Source: Nannocystales bacterium (lineage in GTDB: Bacteria > Myxococcota_A > Polyangia > Nannocystales > Nannocystaceae). From it: DNA of 64,000 nucleotides. Below the pieces are notes generated by a model. That model had not been told where the DNA came from. It saw only the letters and a program-made list of their open reading frames with translations, and ran no database searches. Both the position numbers and the translations under genes were made by a program. Position 1 is the first letter of the stretch, and each line of letters opens with the position of its first letter. Positions 60,396 to 64,000 of the stretch are shown here, in pieces. The DNA lies in the NCBI GenBank assembly GCA_050633305.1, contig JBOEGF010000043.1:224001-288000 (forward strand), read 5' to 3'.

Positions 60396-61478
60396 CTATC
60401 GGGCCGGGGGGGCTGCAAGTCCGAGTTGCGCGGCGAGTTTGGGGTTGTCAGGTCCGGCTCTCCAGATGAACCGGTCCAGGACGTAGTGCGTGGCCTGGGG
60501 CACCGTGAGCAGTGCGACGACGAATGCCGTGGCTAGGCTCGAAAGCTCCGTAGGTGCAGAGCCGAACAGCTCCGGTCGGTCGTGCCACACCAACCGGTCC
60601 CACAGCGCCTCCTCGGTGACTGCCAGCACCAGCAGGACTCCGTAGAACACCAGCGCGAGTAGGGCTGGGCTCGCGTTCTTCAGGCGGGTGGCCACGGTGT
60701 CACGACCACCGGCGACCCAGACCAGGGCGAAGTACGGGATGCCATGAAAGAACACGTTGGTGATCGTGAAGACCCGGTCGTCGTCAAACACGACCATGCC
60801 CAGGTGCCAGTTGATCGCGGGGAGGACCACCAAGGCGAACAGAATCGGGTTGGCGTGGCCTTGCCTCCACCGAAGGACGCGGCGGGCGAGGAACGCCATC
60901 CAGACCGGGACCTGTCCCCACAGGGCAACCGTTCCCAGCCAGCCGGGCGCGCCCGCGACCAGGTCGCCGGGCACGAACCATGCGAAACGGGTGGGCAAGT
61001 GCGCGTGCCAATGCAGCACCGGGCCCAACGTGCCCGCCCAGATCGCCGCGACCGTGAGCTTGCGGTCGAGTGTCGTCTCGCGACCCGCACGGACGTAGAG
61101 CAGGGCGAACCCGAGATGCTGCTTGATGAAGTGGAAAATCGCGATGTAGGCGAGCACGCTCCAAAACAGCAGCGGTGACTCGAGGTGCAACAGGACTCCG
61201 ACCCACAGGCACAGCACCGGGATGAGCCACAGGCGTTTGCGGTGAAGCGCGCGGGCTTGAGCGTCCAGGTACGTCCGGTACAGCGACGCGTAGACATGGG
61301 CGACGTCGACCAGGAGGACGCCAAGGATCCAAAGGCCGAGCCCGCCGCCCTCACGGGTCTCGCTGGTGGCGGGGAGCAGGCCGATGGTCAGTCCGGCCAT
61401 CGCCGCCAGGACGCCGGGAAGGACAAACCACGTGAAGTCGTGCCGGGGGGACACGAGCGCTGGAGCGCTTCGGGGCAT
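60396..61478 (-). CDS. Polytopic membrane protein with conserved-looking His motifs
   Basis: DVAHVYASLYRTY, HFIKQH, HGIPY, HYVLD..IW. Confidence 0.75.
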   Translation of the reverse strand: MPRSAPALVSPRHDFTWFVLPGVLAAMAGLTIGLLPATSETREGGGLGLWILGVLLVDVAHVYASLYRTYLDAQARALHRKRLWLIPVLCLWVGVLLHLESPLLFWSVLAYIAIFHFIKQHLGFALLYVRAGRETTLDRKLTVAAIWAGTLGPVLHWHAHLPTRFAWFVPGDLVAGAPGWLGTVALWGQVPVWMAFLARRVLRWRQGHANPILFALVVLPAINWHLGMVVFDDDRVFTITNVFFHGIPYFALVWVAGGRDTVATRLKNASPALLALVFYGVLLVLAVTEEALWDRLVWHDRPELFGSAPTELSSLATAFVVALLTVPQATHYVLDRFIWRAGPDNPKLAAQLGLAAPPAR

Positions 61479-61583
61479 CGCTGGGCAAGAGCGTACCGAG
61501 CCTTCCGAGCGTTGGGGGGGCCGGGAACCTCCGTCGCGGCCAAGATTACAACGGGTGGTCGTGGATACGTCGCCGGGCGGATC

Positions 61584-62963
61584 TCACGTCCTTGACTCGT
61601 CGACCCATCCGACGAGCCGCGCGGTAAATCGATCCACACGGGCTTCTTCGTTGCAGACGTCGTCCATGATCGAGACTTCGTCCACGAGGAAGTCCTTCTC
61701 GAATCGAGTTTCGACCCATCGTCTCATCGCTTGCGGGTACAGCTGATCGAGTCGGTCCGAGTCGTAGAGGTCCATCGCCCCATAGAGGTGGAGGAGCTCG
61801 TGTGCGTAGATTCCGGCGGGTTCGAGCGATGCCACACACATCGCTCGGTCGAGGGGGTTTGCAAACCCTAGCGTGCCGACGTCCGAGACGACGATGACGA
61901 TCCCGTGGTGTCCATCGTCCAGCATCTGCTGCCTTATCTGTTCGACATGGGCCTCGGCATCGCAATACGCGGACTTGAGCGAGGCGCTGGCAGGTACGCG
62001 ACGATGCGCTGCAGGAGCGACTTCGCGAAACTCGACACCGCAGGCAAACCGACTGGCCTCGTGCGTAAGCCAGCGAAGTCCCTGATCGAGGCGAACGCGC
62101 CACTGTGCCTTATCCGCCGCCTCCGCGGTGATCTCGTCGTGGAGTTGGAACGGGAGGGGGCCGGTCGCGGTGGTGGAGACCTCGGCTGCCTCAGCGGTGA
62201 GGTGGAGTACCCTGAACGGGACCGTTCCGGTTAGGTGCCCGTGTCTTTGCCGATGCTGAACGAAGGCCGACGCACGGCGGTCGAAAGCGCGGAGCGAGCG
62301 TAGAAACAACGCGGTGACGACTCCGCTGAACAACCCCGCCGCGCCCCACGGGTGACCCGTGATGAGTAGCAGGGTCGACGCGGCGACTCCGAGTAGCAGG
62401 TACCGCTTGATGGGGACCGCCGTGACCCGGGCGTCCCAGCTGTAGATGCAGCCCCGCTCTCGGACAATCCCGTGGAGCGAACTCCCCCACGGATAGCGGC
62501 GAAAGAATGCTGGGAAGCGTTCGGCGAAGTCCTCGAGGGGGACGCCGGTGACGTCGAAACGGCTGGACGGGGGCGGCGACAGCAAGCGACGCCCCGTCAA
62601 TGCTTCGTGGCGGTCGCTGGCGAGCACGAGCAGTCGCTCGCACGTCCAGCTGCCCGTCTCGGTAAGTGGGAGCAGGTTGTCCGGGTTTGTGACGCCGGCC
62701 TGCCAGACTTGGCGCGGTGCGAGAATGAGGCGGCAGCAGAACGCTCGAAAGGAACTGTCGTCGAGTCTCAGCTCCGCGAGCGCGGCCGCGGTCTGGAGCT
62801 CGGGAAGGTCGAGCCAGTCGAGCAAGCCATGAAGCGTGTCGTGGAAGCCCTCGAGTGATTCGGCCGGGAGTTCTGCGAGACGCAGGTCAAGCGCGTCGCA
62901 GTGGCGCTGCGGGTCTGGCCTGTACGTCTCCTCGATGAGACGGCGGAACGCTACGGTCTCCAA
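61584..62963 (-). CDS. DUF4240-like N-terminus + TM hairpin + HExxH metallopeptidase-like domain
   Basis: FRRLIE..L..F..DDSSF..F...LI; YAHELLHLYGAMDLY..SIM. TTG start 6 nt after TATGAT. Confidence 0.6.
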   Translation of the reverse strand: METVAFRRLIEETYRPDPQRHCDALDLRLAELPAESLEGFHDTLHGLLDWLDLPELQTAAALAELRLDDSSFRAFCCRLILAPRQVWQAGVTNPDNLLPLTETGSWTCERLLVLASDRHEALTGRRLLSPPPSSRFDVTGVPLEDFAERFPAFFRRYPWGSSLHGIVRERGCIYSWDARVTAVPIKRYLLLGVAASTLLLITGHPWGAAGLFSGVVTALFLRSLRAFDRRASAFVQHRQRHGHLTGTVPFRVLHLTAEAAEVSTTATGPLPFQLHDEITAEAADKAQWRVRLDQGLRWLTHEASRFACGVEFREVAPAAHRRVPASASLKSAYCDAEAHVEQIRQQMLDDGHHGIVIVVSDVGTLGFANPLDRAMCVASLEPAGIYAHELLHLYGAMDLYDSDRLDQLYPQAMRRWVETRFEKDFLVDEVSIMDDVCNEEARVDRFTARLVGWVDESRT

Positions 62964-63057
62964 TGAAACATCATACTCGTCCGGCGGACCGCGTATTCCG
63001 CCCATTCGTCCTCGTCGTTGACGCTCCGCGAGGGGCCTGCTCTGGGAGAACCTCGGC

Positions 63058-64000
63058 TCAAGGGGAGGACGCACGTGACACGCTCAATGGCCCTTCGCGG
63101 AATCTCGATGACCACACCACGTACGCCGGTCCATCCGGTGCAACGGCGAGCTGTGCGGAGTGGTGCTCTCGGTCTTCGAACACATGTTCGTCCCCCCATG
63201 TTCCATCTGCAGACTCGAAACGCCTCGTGACGAGCCCGCGGATGTCCTCCCACGCGACGGTGATGTTCCCGCACGCATCGATGCCGAGCTGCGGGGGGGG
63301 TCTTCGGAGAGGACTTCTGAAGCGAAGCGCACCGTGTCGTCCCACGTCCCGGTGCCGACGTCACGGCGCCGGACATGCAGGGACTGCGATCCGTCTTCGG
63401 ACGCGAACCAGGCGATCGCAGAGCTGCCCCGTCCGTTCGCGACTTGGACAGGGGGTCGCAGTTTGGGTTGGGGTCCCGCGAGGCTCACCGGGTTGGTCCA
63501 GGTCTCGCGGTCGGTCGGTCGGGTTGCGGTCATGATTCGGCCGCCTTGCTCCCCGTGTTGCCACCACGCGGCGATGGCATGTTCGGCCGAGAGCCACCCG
63601 AGGGTCGCGTCTTCGGCGTACGTCCCGTGTTGTTCGGAGTCGAGGCGAACGGTTTTGGACCATGTTCCCTCGGAGAGTTCGCGAACGAGGACCTGCTGGA
63701 CGCTGGTCGTCCCCTGAGTCCAGACCGTCGCGACCCGGTCGCCCGGACTCGCGGCGATCCCCGTCGGGTAGGCGTGCATGGTGGGCTTCGAGAGTGGGCC
63801 GTCGTGTTGCCACTGCCCGTCGGCGCTCAGACGGGCAGCGAAGATTCGGGTTCCGCCATCGGCGTGGGCTGGCCAAACCGCGACCGCTGCGCCCCTGGCG
63901 GTCTGCGGTCAGGACGGGGAAGCCGCAGTCGTTGGCATGCGCGCAGAGTTCGACCGCGGGTTCCCACCCGCCGCCTCGCCGCTGCGCGACGGCGAGGACG
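63058..64000 (-). pseudogene. Beta-repeat exported-type protein interrupted by two homopolymer frameshifts (5' end outside window)
   Basis: The coherent repeat pattern (xAxW..G.W) is broken at a G4 run (63892-63895) and a C8 run (63293-63300) on the minus strand. Confidence 0.55.

Overview
High-GC (roughly 68-70% by eye) chromosomal window. Gene content points to a myxobacterium, probably Nannocystales-like (inference): many Cys-rich lipoproteins, a TIGR04552 protein, an ftsB-dmxA-like pair, a split atp operon and a Myxococcus-type LexA box. It is mostly core genome: rsmE (partial)-prmA, bestrophin, atpF'FHAGDC with an upstream bactofilin, endonuclease I, a POT transporter, paired ArsA/Get3-like ATPases, a TonB-dependent receptor, exbBD, lexA, three PPIases, mmuM, an lhgO-like gene, prsW and three tRNAs. 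I saw no integrase, transposase, CRISPR array or rRNA. Main observations: (1) a bacterial histone (Bd0055-like fold) fused to an N-terminal Cys/His zinc finger at 23199-23726; (2) a closely coupled six-gene module at 36727-41618 (ParA ATPase, two Roadblock-like proteins, tandem V4R sensor, small protein, pseudo-receiver-DUF4388-Roadblock) with no small GTPase; (3) a recurring -10 hexamer 5-8 nt upstream of start codons, suggesting widespread leaderless mRNAs and predicting a CTG start for a Ser/Thr kinase; (4) an unannotated 30-aa hydrophobic ORF behind a structured leader; (5) a tRNA-Ile/tRNA-Ala pair, normally found in the rRNA spacer, standing alone with its own promoter and terminator. All family calls come from motif recognition by eye, not database searches.
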